A DNA stretch of 64,000 nt from Spirochaetae bacterium HGW-Spirochaetae-1 (lineage in GTDB: Bacteria > Spirochaetota > UBA4802 > UBA5550). Both the position numbers and the translations under genes were made by a program. The notes below the pieces were generated by a model, which ran no database searches, was not told the DNA's origin, and saw nothing but the letters and a program-made list of their open reading frames with translations. The stretch spans positions 277,817 through 341,816 of the forward strand of contig PGXY01000004.1 in assembly GCA_002839375.1 (NCBI GenBank), written 5' to 3'. Shown here one piece after another: positions 29,518 through 38,842 of this stretch. The first letter of the stretch is position 1; each line of letters begins with the position of its first letter.

Positions 29518-30225
29518 TTATCTGTATGTTATGAGTTCCCTGTCTCCCGTCAGTTCAAGATGACACACATCATTGAAACTCATGAGAGAAAAGCGGTCCT
29601 CGGTGCATTTGAACCGGCTGACCGATGTATTGATGATCTGCCATGTGAGTCTCATGGACTCTTCATCGGAAATATGCAGAGCCATCATCACTGCCGCGGC
29701 AATTGGACCGCCCGAGGTGAAAACGGCGATATTTTTCCCCCGGCCGAAATGCTTCATAATTTCATTGATCCCGCTGTGAACGGCATCACGGAAACTCCGG
29801 TAAGGAAGAAGTTCCCCGGGGTGGTTCCCGGAAATCCAGCGCAGCATGGATAGCTCGAAAATTTTCTGAAAGGATGTTCTGCTGGTAAATAGACGGTCCA
29901 CATCATACTTCAGCGATGGGTCCTCGGTCAGGAGGAGGGGCACCAGGGTGGTGAGAACAGCTCTTGAATCATATTCATTGAAGGCATCGTTGAGATACAT
30001 GCGCGGAGCGTTCATACCCTTTTCACCACTGAGGCGCAGGATTTCACTGGCTGTTCCAATCTGTCTCTCCAGGGTCCCCGTATAGATAACGTCAAAGGCA
30101 ACTCCCGTATGCATGAAATGCTGTCCCAGCAGGGATGCCTGCATGATGCCCCGTTCGCTGAGACGGTCATAATTCTCTTTCCCGAAGGAGGCCTGCCCGT
30201 GCCGTATGAAGTACAGTGTACTCAT
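29518..30225 (-). CDS. Histidine phosphatase (phosphoglycerate mutase) family protein
   Basis: The N-terminal RHG catalytic motif reads LYFIRHGQASF. Confidence 0.8.
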   Translation of the reverse strand: MSTLYFIRHGQASFGKENYDRLSERGIMQASLLGQHFMHTGVAFDVIYTGTLERQIGTASEILRLSGEKGMNAPRMYLNDAFNEYDSRAVLTTLVPLLLTEDPSLKYDVDRLFTSRTSFQKIFELSMLRWISGNHPGELLPYRSFRDAVHSGINEIMKHFGRGKNIAVFTSGGPIAAAVMMALHISDEESMRLTWQIINTSVSRFKCTEDRFSLMSFNDVCHLELTGDRELITYR

Positions 30226-30397
30226 AAGTAATTTTTTCCTCTATTTTGAACACATTGTCTAATATATACATGTTTAGGGCAGGTGAATATGCTTGTCAAG
30301 AAAAAATATAGCGAGCGTTCGTTTTTTTTCTTGCAATATTTCCAATCCCTTCTATATTTTGCTCACAGACGCAAGAAAAAAAAAGCGAGGTTTTTCA

Positions 30398-32548
30398 ATG
30401 ACACGATCCTTCCTGCATACATTAATGAATCCCAAATCCATTGCCACGGCAGGGGCCGGCAATAATGTTATGAAAATGGGGACCATGCATCTCCTGAGTA
30501 TTCTGAAAGACGGTTATAGCGGGAAGGTCTATCCGATACATCCCAATGATGAGATTGTGCTGGGTCAGAAAGCGTATAAATCACCGCTTGACCTGCCGGA
30601 AGCGCCGGAACTGGTCCTGTTTATCCTGCCCTCGAATCAGCTTCTGCCGGTTTTTGAGGATTTTGGGAAAAGGGGCACTAAATATGCCATCGTTATAACG
30701 GCAGGTTTCAGGGAAACGGGTTCCGAGGGCCGGGTACTGGAAAAAAAGCTTGTTGATATTGCCGACAAATACGGCATGCGTTTCATAGGGCCTAACTGCA
30801 TGGGGATTATCAACACTGAAATATCCCTCAATACCACGGTTGTTCCTCTTCAGTCGCCGCCGGGTCTCCTGGGATTTGCTTCCCAGAGTGGTACCTATGT
30901 GACGCAGTCCCTTCCCTATCTCGCGAAAAAGGGCATCCGTTTCAGTAAGGCCATCAGTGTGGGGAATCAGGCCAATGTGAATATCATAGATGCCCTGGAA
31001 TATCTCGGTGAAGATGAGCAGACCAGGGCTATATCGCTGTACATCGAGGCCTTGAGCGATGTGGACCGCTTTCTTGAAACGGCCCGGAGAATAACACAGC
31101 TTAAACCGGTCCTTGCTCAGTACATCGGCGGATCCGAGGCCGGGGCAAGATCGGGCTTAAGTCACACCGGAGCCATGGCGGGGCCCGATCATCTCTACGA
31201 CGGGTTATTCAGGCAAGCGGGAATAATCCGTGTTCATTCCATTGAGGATCTCTACGGCTTCGGATGGGCCCTGGCGACGCAGCCTCCACTCAGAGGAAAC
31301 CGTATCGGCATAGTTACCAATTCGGGCGGACCGGGTTCGGCCGTGGCCAATACCTGTGAGACAGCAGGCTTCAGCATACCTGCTTTCAGTGAGAACCTGC
31401 AGGAGCAGATCAAGCCTCTCATGCCGGCTCATGCCCCGGCGGGAAATCCAGTTGATCTTACCTTTGCCATGGATATAAATATTCTAGCCCATACTATACC
31501 GGAACTGGTCATGAAAAGCGGCGAGGTGGATGGTGTTGTTCTCCATGGGGCCATGTCCTCGGGGTTCATGAAGGTATTGTCGAAGAATCTCAAAACGGTT
31601 CTCGGCGACAAACCCGTCAATGATGTGGTAAAACTTTCGGAGAGCCGGGATCTCTCGGAGAATATGCAGCTTCCATTTAAATACGGCATTCCTTTGATAG
31701 TATCGTCGTTTTTTGACCGTGATGACCATTATACCGACTGTTTTATGGAAAATAATATTCCCGTCTACGAAGCACCTGAAAGGGCGGCTCTGGCCATGGG
31801 GATGCTTTTGAAGTATAAAAAAATCCGGGAGCGGAAGACGGGAAACGGCACTACCGCAGGGAATCCCTCCAGCGAAGCCCTGGAAATTATAAGGAAGGCT
31901 GTGAGCCAGAATCGGGTCGCCCTTGATGAATATGAGGCCAAGCGTCTTCTTACCTCCTACGGGATTCCCGTTTCCCGGGAGTTTCTGGCCGCCGGGGAAA
32001 AGGAACTGGCGGAAATCGGGGGAAAACTCAGCTTCCCCGTGGCCGTTAAGGTCTGTCATCATGAGATCATGCACAAGACCGAGCGGGGACTGGTCCATCT
32101 GGGAATAAAGGACAGCACAGGCATGATAGAGGCTTTCAGGAAGATACGGGCCGAGGCCGGTGAGGATGTTCCCGTCCTTGTGAGCGAGATGGTTCCGGGC
32201 AAGAGGGAGTTCCTGGCCGGTATACTGCGGGAGAAGAATTTCGGCACCTGGACCGCTTTTGGCGTGGGCGGTATTTTTACCGAGGCCCTGAAAGACGCGG
32301 TGTACCGCCTTTCTCCGCTTTCAGTCGAGGAGGCCCGGGAGATGATCGGCGATATCAGGCTCTCATCCCTCCTGGGTGATTTCAGGAAAATGGGTCCGGT
32401 TAATATTGATTCTCTGGCGGCAGTCCTGCAGCGCCTCAGTATGATACCGCTCATTCATCCCGAGATTCGGGAGATCGATATCAATCCCTTAATTATCTGC
32501 GGCAGCGAACCCGTGGTGGTCGATTCGCTCATCGTCCTGGGGAACTGA
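30398..32548 (+). CDS. Acyl-CoA synthetase (NDP/ADP-forming), fused alpha/beta domains
   Basis: It has a CoA-binding domain, a succinyl-CoA-synthetase-like ligase domain and a C-terminal ATP-grasp. I chose the start at ATG 30398, with a GCGAGG RBS, rather than the ORF-track 30293. Confidence 0.8.
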   Translation: MTRSFLHTLMNPKSIATAGAGNNVMKMGTMHLLSILKDGYSGKVYPIHPNDEIVLGQKAYKSPLDLPEAPELVLFILPSNQLLPVFEDFGKRGTKYAIVITAGFRETGSEGRVLEKKLVDIADKYGMRFIGPNCMGIINTEISLNTTVVPLQSPPGLLGFASQSGTYVTQSLPYLAKKGIRFSKAISVGNQANVNIIDALEYLGEDEQTRAISLYIEALSDVDRFLETARRITQLKPVLAQYIGGSEAGARSGLSHTGAMAGPDHLYDGLFRQAGIIRVHSIEDLYGFGWALATQPPLRGNRIGIVTNSGGPGSAVANTCETAGFSIPAFSENLQEQIKPLMPAHAPAGNPVDLTFAMDINILAHTIPELVMKSGEVDGVVLHGAMSSGFMKVLSKNLKTVLGDKPVNDVVKLSESRDLSENMQLPFKYGIPLIVSSFFDRDDHYTDCFMENNIPVYEAPERAALAMGMLLKYKKIRERKTGNGTTAGNPSSEALEIIRKAVSQNRVALDEYEAKRLLTSYGIPVSREFLAAGEKELAEIGGKLSFPVAVKVCHHEIMHKTERGLVHLGIKDSTGMIEAFRKIRAEAGEDVPVLVSEMVPGKREFLAGILREKNFGTWTAFGVGGIFTEALKDAVYRLSPLSVEEAREMIGDIRLSSLLGDFRKMGPVNIDSLAAVLQRLSMIPLIHPEIREIDINPLIICGSEPVVVDSLIVLGN

Positions 32549-33321
32549 TGAAGATACTGGTGTGCATAAAACAGGTCCGCGATGACACATCGCCGATTAT
32601 GATCGGTTCGGAAGGAAAGGATTACCTGGACGACGGGAACACGGTTTTCAGGATGAACCGGCTCGATGAATACGCCCTGGAAGAGGCAATCCTTATCCGT
32701 GAGAAAAATAAGGGAATCGTGGTTGATGCCGTATCCGTGGGACCGGACAGGGCCAGGGCCGTTGTCCGGAAAGCCCTGGAAAAGGGTGCCGATAATGGCT
32801 TTCATATTGTAACAGGGGAAGCTGCATATGCCCCTCCCCTAGTCACGGCTGCACTCCTGGCGTCCTTTGCACGGTCTGGGGATTACGATCTTATTCTTAC
32901 GGGCGTCATGTCCGAGGACGATATGAACGGCCAGACCGGTTCAATGCTGGCCGGATTCCTGGGGCTGCCCTGCGCGGTTTCGGTTATAGAGGAAGAGATC
33001 AACGGAAACGCCTTTATTGATGTTACTTCAGAACTGGAGGGCGGTATGCGGGAGCAGGCCGTCATATCCATGCCCTGCGTGCTCACCATCCAGTCAGGAA
33101 TAAACCGGCCCCGGTACCCGTCCCTCTCCAATGTCCTGCGGGCAAAAACCCAGGAAATTATTACCAGGGACGGAACAGAGCAGGCTGAGCAGGACGGGGG
33201 AATGGCACAGGTCACACTCTCCTATCCGGTAAAAACGGGCCGCGGAATTATCCTGGACGGTACGCCCGAAGAAAAGGCGATTCAACTCCTGGATATTCTT
33301 CATGAGAAGGCCCTGGTATAG
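32548..33321 (+). CDS. etfB: Electron transfer flavoprotein beta subunit
   Basis: It begins MKILVCIKQVRD, the EtfB N-terminus. Confidence 0.85.
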   Translation: MKILVCIKQVRDDTSPIMIGSEGKDYLDDGNTVFRMNRLDEYALEEAILIREKNKGIVVDAVSVGPDRARAVVRKALEKGADNGFHIVTGEAAYAPPLVTAALLASFARSGDYDLILTGVMSEDDMNGQTGSMLAGFLGLPCAVSVIEEEINGNAFIDVTSELEGGMREQAVISMPCVLTIQSGINRPRYPSLSNVLRAKTQEIITRDGTEQAEQDGGMAQVTLSYPVKTGRGIILDGTPEEKAIQLLDILHEKALV

Positions 33322-33326
33322 AAGCA

Positions 33327-34331
33327 ATGGAAATGGACGGAAAAAGTACTATCAGATATCTCCTGGTCATCGAGACCCTGGAAGGAAAGATAAACCGCGA
33401 GAGCCTGGAGACCCTGGGCTTCGCTCTTTCCTTTCACAATACGATCGATAACTGCGTCCTGGTCATTGCCGGCGAGGGAATTACGCAAACAGCCGGATCC
33501 CTGGCAGCGGCCTGGGGACTCGATGTCGTTGTATTCGATGACCCGGCATTCCGCTATCCCAACGGAGACCTGCTGGCCGCGGCACTCGTTGAGACCATAA
33601 AGAAATATAATGCCGGGAGCGTTGTTCTGCTCCATACGATTACCGGTGTCCATGCCGCTTCACGGGCAGCCGCTACGGCGGGCATGGCCTGTATAACTGC
33701 CGTGGAATCAGTGACCCGGGAAGGAGAATCGACGGTATTTCAGCGGTGCCTGCAGTACGGGAAAATCAGGGCATCGATAATGCTTCAAAGTGATAGGTGT
33801 ATCCTGACCATACTTGCCGGTTCATTTACAGCTCCTGAGCCGGGAGATTTTCGAAAAACGCCGGGGACTGTCTATGATGATAAAATCGGGCGCAGTGCGT
33901 CTTATTCACCCCGGAGTATTGAACGGGCCGAGAGCAGCCGGTCCCTGGATGAGGCGGAAGTCATCGTGTCCGCGGGCAGGGGAATCGGAAAAGAAGAAAA
34001 CCTGGAGATGATCCGTGACGTGGCGAAGATATTTTCCCGGTCTGCCGTGGGTTCGTCGCGTCCCCTCTGCGACCTGGGTTGGCTTCCCTACGGGCAACAG
34101 GTGGGCTCGACGGGAAAAACCGTATCGCCGAAGCTGTATCTGGCCTGCGGTATCTCAGGAGCCAGTCAGCACCTGGCCGGCATGAAGAGCTCGCAGATCA
34201 TTGTGGCCGTGAACCGTGACCCTAATGCCGCAATATTTTCCTTAGCGGATTACGGCGTGGTGGAGGATTTGACGGTTTTTCTCCCCCTCCTGGCGGAGAA
34301 GTACCGGGACGGAAAGTGGTTGAAGAAGTAA
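33327..34331 (+). CDS. etfA: Electron transfer flavoprotein alpha subunit
   Basis: It has the C-terminal FAD-binding motif LYLACGISGASQHLAGMKSSQIIVAVNRDPNAAIF. Confidence 0.85.
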   Translation: MEMDGKSTIRYLLVIETLEGKINRESLETLGFALSFHNTIDNCVLVIAGEGITQTAGSLAAAWGLDVVVFDDPAFRYPNGDLLAAALVETIKKYNAGSVVLLHTITGVHAASRAAATAGMACITAVESVTREGESTVFQRCLQYGKIRASIMLQSDRCILTILAGSFTAPEPGDFRKTPGTVYDDKIGRSASYSPRSIERAESSRSLDEAEVIVSAGRGIGKEENLEMIRDVAKIFSRSAVGSSRPLCDLGWLPYGQQVGSTGKTVSPKLYLACGISGASQHLAGMKSSQIIVAVNRDPNAAIFSLADYGVVEDLTVFLPLLAEKYRDGKWLKK

Positions 34332-34395
34332 GAAGGGGCATGGATAAACGCCATATCAGTACGATTCTGATCATAAAAAACATGAGGTTGAAGGA

Positions 34396-35211
34396 ATGAA
34401 ATCAATGGAGGAAAAAACAGCCGTGATTACCGGCGCGGCATCGGGAATCGGCAGAGCCCTGGCCGTACAGCTTGCGGCTGAAGGATGTGCCCTGGCCATA
34501 GCCGATGTGAACGATAAGGGCCTGAAAGAGACTGCCGACCTGGTGAAGGGTGCCGGTGTAGATGTCATGACGGCTAAGCTCGATGTGTCCGTTGAAAAGG
34601 ATGTGAATAAATTTGCCGCCGCCGTGATGAAGCGCTTCGGCTCCGTGGATATCGTCATCAATAATGCCGGTGTCAATCATAACGGCAACATGATGGACGC
34701 CTCAATTGAGGATTTTGAGTGGATTTTCAGCATTAACTTCTGGGGTGTTGTGTACGGCACAAGGGCCTTCCTGCCCCATCTTGTAAAGCGTTCTGAAGCG
34801 AGCCTCGTCAATATATCCAGTCTCTTTGGTCTGCTGAGTGTTCGGAAGCAATCGGCCTATTGCGCCACAAAGTTTGCTGTCCGGGGTTTTACCGAGGCCC
34901 TGCGCCAGGAGCTGAGAGCCACGGGTGTTGCCGTAACCTGTGTGCATCCCGGAGGGATAAAGACTAATATTGCCCATACGGCCCGCATATCAACGGCAGG
35001 AGGGCGCGGTTCAAAACAGGACCAGGAAAAGCTGATAAAGCTTTTTGACAGGGTGGCAGCCACGAGTCCTGAAGAGGCGGCACGTGTCATTATCGACGGC
35101 ATTAAAAAGAAAAGTACCCGGGTTCTCATAGGGAAAGACGCGAAGCTCGGTTCCCTGGTTCTGCGCCTTTTCCCCGCTATCTATGACAGGGTGTTGGAAA
35201 AGATATTGTAA
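34396..35211 (+). CDS. SDR-family oxidoreductase
   Basis: N-terminus TAVITGAASGIGRALA. Confidence 0.85.
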   Translation: MKSMEEKTAVITGAASGIGRALAVQLAAEGCALAIADVNDKGLKETADLVKGAGVDVMTAKLDVSVEKDVNKFAAAVMKRFGSVDIVINNAGVNHNGNMMDASIEDFEWIFSINFWGVVYGTRAFLPHLVKRSEASLVNISSLFGLLSVRKQSAYCATKFAVRGFTEALRQELRATGVAVTCVHPGGIKTNIAHTARISTAGGRGSKQDQEKLIKLFDRVAATSPEEAARVIIDGIKKKSTRVLIGKDAKLGSLVLRLFPAIYDRVLEKIL

Positions 35212-35247
35212 AAGATCACGCCGGGCGGCTATTCTATCGGTGTGTTT

Positions 35248-35868
35248 TCAGTTATTTTCCTGAACGATATAGAGTTTTTCCGACCGGAACATCTGCACGG
35301 GAGCAATGACTGTTTCATTATAGGGAATAGACGCACCGTAGCGTTTTTTCATGAGCTGCCGGACTTTTGGATGTGTCAGGTCAAAATCCCTGAGTTTCTG
35401 CAGTTCCCCAACCTCGATATGGGCGGCGCGCTTATAGACTTTCCACACGAGTTCGGAACAGTATATGCGCGCGTCGCTCCAGAGAAAGGCGCTGTCATAA
35501 TTTTTCCCCAGGAAACCTGTCGCTATTCCTTTCATCTTTCGTATCACCTGGGGGGTCAGAGCCTCATCCCTGTTTTTAAGACGTTTTATTACAAAATGTC
35601 CGTTGAGGCCCCGGCTTGTGAACTGGCGGAGCGGGGTTATCTTCACGGGTTGAACCGCCTCATAGACATAAGAATCCTTTCCCTTTTTAAATATGATGCC
35701 CATGTGTGTGTATCGTGATTTTGTCGCCAGCTTTAATTCCTCGCCCTGGAGGGATTGTGATTCCTGGAAGATAATATCGCCGTCGAGCAGTACGGGTTTT
35801 TTCCCGCTTATGCATGTTGAGGATAAAAAGAAAAATATCATGATGAAAGAGAGGGCTTTTTTGTTCAT
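35248..35868 (-). CDS. YiiX-family permuted papain-like (NlpC/P60-type) putative hydrolase, secreted
   Basis: Conserved His (THMGIIF) precedes Cys (ARIYCSELVWKVY), in permuted catalytic order. Signal peptide present. The start is reassigned to ATG 35868 (MNKKALSF...) with an AGGAAG RBS. Confidence 0.65.
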   Translation of the reverse strand: MNKKALSFIMIFFFLSSTCISGKKPVLLDGDIIFQESQSLQGEELKLATKSRYTHMGIIFKKGKDSYVYEAVQPVKITPLRQFTSRGLNGHFVIKRLKNRDEALTPQVIRKMKGIATGFLGKNYDSAFLWSDARIYCSELVWKVYKRAAHIEVGELQKLRDFDLTHPKVRQLMKKRYGASIPYNETVIAPVQMFRSEKLYIVQENN

Positions 35869-36065
35869 GGGATACTTCCTGAATTTTTGCAATATCATCT
35901 GATGACCTGAGTATTCCCATATGGTATGGCACGCCTTTCATTTTTCAATACATTTTTGCCTTGATCCATTTATTGAATCACTCTCAATAATTGTCTTGCT
36001 TTTATGGATTATACCGGTGATCCTTTCTGCCGTATCGACGCGAGGAAACTGAAGAGGAAACTGAA

Positions 36066-37481
36066 ATGAACAATAATAAAACAAAAAGCCCCTTTATAAG
36101 CGATCTCCGCGATCTTGATCCGCGCGTTCATATCACTTTCTGGCTGGTAACCCTCATTATGGTCCTTCTTCTCAGCCAGCAGAATCTCGATTCACCCAAC
36201 CTGACGCAGATAGGCAAAAGCTTCGGCCTCGATCCCGGTAATATACGATTGTTCATCGGGGGTAAGGCCTACCTGGGAACAACTATCGTATCGTCCATTG
36301 CTCTTATCATCTTCGGCTATCTCACGGACAAGGTGAACCGAAAGACGCTGCTGGTCATCTCGGCTGCCATAAGCGGCGCAGCATACCTGGTCGCTCCCTT
36401 TGCCGTTACCGTGGATCAGTATATCATCATGCGGTCCGCTGCCGGTGTAGGTATCGGCGGAATCGTGCCGGTCATGTTTTCCATAACGGGGGATATATTC
36501 ACGGAGCGGAGCCGGGCGGCTGCATCGGGCGTCATCATGGTGATAATCAATATGGGCATCGGATTCGGATTTGTGCTGGGAAGCGTGGCAGGACCGGAAA
36601 ACATGCTGGGCTGGCGCGGATCTTTTTTTCTCCAGAGCATTCTTTTACTCTGCGTGGTGGCACTGTTCCTGGCATACGGCAGATTTCCCCTGCGCGGCCA
36701 TGCGGAAAAGAGCCTTCATGACAGGCTGGCAGAAGGTAAAAGGGAATATAAGGAGCGAATCAAGCTTTCGGACGTAAAAAACATTCTGACGAATCCCACC
36801 AATCTGGTTTTCATTTTTGCCAGTTTCTTTGCCACTTTTTCCGGCGGCTTTGTGCAGCGCTTCATGGTGGATGCCTATGCCACGCATGGGGGCATATCGG
36901 AAATGGCCGCGGCCCTTTTTCTCATGCTGGTCCTTTCGGGTACCATCATCGGCGATATGCTGGGGGGATTTTTCGGTGATTTTCTCAGAAAGAAGAACAG
37001 GGTCTATCCAATATATTTCGCCCTTACCGTGCCTGTTGCGGGGACCTTTCTCCTGTTTCTCTTTTTTTCACTTCCTCTGACCGGGGGCTTTGCCTTCCCA
37101 CAGGTCCTTCTGCCTGTGTTGATCGGTTTTACCGGTGCCGCCCTTATCGAGGTGCATATCCCCATTCAGAAAGCGATGATGCTGAATGTTAATGTTCCCG
37201 AGAACCGCGGCACCATTTCAGCCATTATTCAGACCAGCGCACAGATGGGATTCGGCGCCGGCGCATACCTGATTTCCCTCATGGGTGTACGCGTAGCCGC
37301 TCTGTTGAACAGGGAACACACTCCTTTTTTTGATTTTCAGTTTGCCGCGCTTCTGTGGCTTATCCCCATCCTGTCCTGGGCATTCATCATATTTACGGGA
37401 AGACGCGACGAGGATCGCGCCGCAGCCCTTATCGGGGAAAGGGCGAAGAAACTGGAAGGCAACGATAGTGATCAAACCTGA
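36066..37481 (+). CDS. MFS transporter
   Basis: 12–14 predicted TM helices, with the MFS motif GYLTDKVNRKTLL. Confidence 0.75.
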   Translation: MNNNKTKSPFISDLRDLDPRVHITFWLVTLIMVLLLSQQNLDSPNLTQIGKSFGLDPGNIRLFIGGKAYLGTTIVSSIALIIFGYLTDKVNRKTLLVISAAISGAAYLVAPFAVTVDQYIIMRSAAGVGIGGIVPVMFSITGDIFTERSRAAASGVIMVIINMGIGFGFVLGSVAGPENMLGWRGSFFLQSILLLCVVALFLAYGRFPLRGHAEKSLHDRLAEGKREYKERIKLSDVKNILTNPTNLVFIFASFFATFSGGFVQRFMVDAYATHGGISEMAAALFLMLVLSGTIIGDMLGGFFGDFLRKKNRVYPIYFALTVPVAGTFLLFLFFSLPLTGGFAFPQVLLPVLIGFTGAALIEVHIPIQKAMMLNVNVPENRGTISAIIQTSAQMGFGAGAYLISLMGVRVAALLNREHTPFFDFQFAALLWLIPILSWAFIIFTGRRDEDRAAALIGERAKKLEGNDSDQT

Positions 37482-37558
37482 TTTAGTATTGACAGACATT
37501 CCGGTAGTAATAAAAAGACATTCATTTATTTATTGTTGTTCACGAAAGAGGTGATGAA

Positions 37559-38200
37559 GTGATAGGGGAATTTTTTGGAAATATAATCGGATGGTACATG
37601 AGCAATATCAACTACGGAACAGTGATTTTCCTCATGGCCGTAGAGAGCTCCTTCATCCCTTTTCCATCCGAGGTTGTGATTCCCCCGGCAGGATGGAAGG
37701 CGGCCCAGGGAGAGATGAACCTCCTCCTTGTCATTGTTGCCGGCACTGTGGGAAGCATGATCGGCGCTCTTTTTAACTATTACCTGGCCATACTGGCCGG
37801 GAGAAAAATCATCTATGCCTTTGTCGACACAAGACTTGCCCGGGCTCTCATGCTCAGCCGCGAGGGCGTGGAAAAGGCGGAGTTGTTTTTTAACCGGTAT
37901 GGGAATATCTCCACGTTCACGGCGCGTCTGATTCCGGCAGTAAGACAGCTCATATCCATCCCGGCCGGTCTTGCCCGCATGCCCCTGAAGAACTTTCTTC
38001 TGTATACCCTGGCCGGTTCCCTGACGTGGAACATCATTCTCGGTCTTATGGGATATTTCCTTTACTCACAAAAGGAATTGCTTGAGGAGTATTATCGCGA
38101 ACTGACCTATGCCGGCATATTCCTCGCGCTGGCTGTCAGCGCATATATATTATGGTCCGCAATGAGGAAAAAATCCGGAAATAACAGTACGGCAGATTAA
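37559..38200 (+). CDS. DedA-family membrane protein
   Basis: It has the DedA/SNARE-associated motif region FIPFPSEVVIPPAGW. GTG start with an AAGAGG RBS. Confidence 0.75.
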   Translation: MIGEFFGNIIGWYMSNINYGTVIFLMAVESSFIPFPSEVVIPPAGWKAAQGEMNLLLVIVAGTVGSMIGALFNYYLAILAGRKIIYAFVDTRLARALMLSREGVEKAELFFNRYGNISTFTARLIPAVRQLISIPAGLARMPLKNFLLYTLAGSLTWNIILGLMGYFLYSQKELLEEYYRELTYAGIFLALAVSAYILWSAMRKKSGNNSTAD

Positions 38201-38316
38201 AAGGCCGCATCACCTGAAATATTTTATTATTATTGAAGGAAAACTGAAACAAATCGAGATGACTTATTAACAAATACAATGGTAATGCCGTAAAGGTATT
38301 CGATAAAGATCATACT

Positions 38317-38649
38317 ATGATACATTATAGACGGAAGTCATTAACGCTGCTTTTTTCGCTGCTTATCGCCTGTTCAATTTCGGCGGTTCAGAGGGCCTAT
38401 GCTGACAGCCCGCGTGATTCAGCGTCATCCCTGGGTGAAATTCAATACGATGAATATTCAGTTTTCAAAAAGGTTGACTCATCATCTTTCAGCTTCAAGC
38501 CCAGGGTCTTACAATCAGCCGGCCTTTTCCCCAGTCCATTTTATATCGGTAATTCCAATCATGCCGTCTTTAAAAAACGTATATTTCAATACTATCAGAA
38601 CGCACAGCATAAAAAATTCGTAATCCGCTCCAAGGGAACATTCTTCTAA
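38317..38649 (+). CDS. Hypothetical small secreted protein
   Basis: Signal peptide; no recognised domain. Confidence 0.45.
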   Translation: MIHYRRKSLTLLFSLLIACSISAVQRAYADSPRDSASSLGEIQYDEYSVFKKVDSSSFSFKPRVLQSAGLFPSPFYIGNSNHAVFKKRIFQYYQNAQHKKFVIRSKGTFF

Positions 38650-38842
38650 CCACCTCCCTCACATAACAGCATTTTGCTGAACCAGTGTCATTTATTTTCT
38701 GCCGGCAGCGGCACATGAAGCTTTATATAATGACCGGTTCATGCCCTTTTCAGTACTGTTTTGTTGGAAAGGCCGATCGCTGAAATTGTATAGCCGCGGC
38801 CCTTCAATTGACGGAAATATCAAACATATGAGGAAGAATGCC

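Noticed and set aside
27889-29853. 654-aa ORF on the plus strand
   Set aside because: It is entirely antisense to the well-supported acyl-CoA dehydrogenase, TetR and histidine phosphatase genes. Its Gly/His/Val-rich low-complexity translation is typical of antisense frames in GC-rich coding DNA.
35548-35566. REP core GGGTCAGAGCC inside the YiiX-like CDS (and another copy at 25868-25882 inside the 3-hydroxyacyl-CoA dehydrogenase CDS)
   Set aside because: Both lie in-frame inside intact coding sequence (encoding E-A-L-T-P / similar) and lack the flanking GCATGGAG/CCAGG context of the intergenic REPs. Most likely they are chance matches driven by GC-rich codon usage, although the count is higher than I expected.
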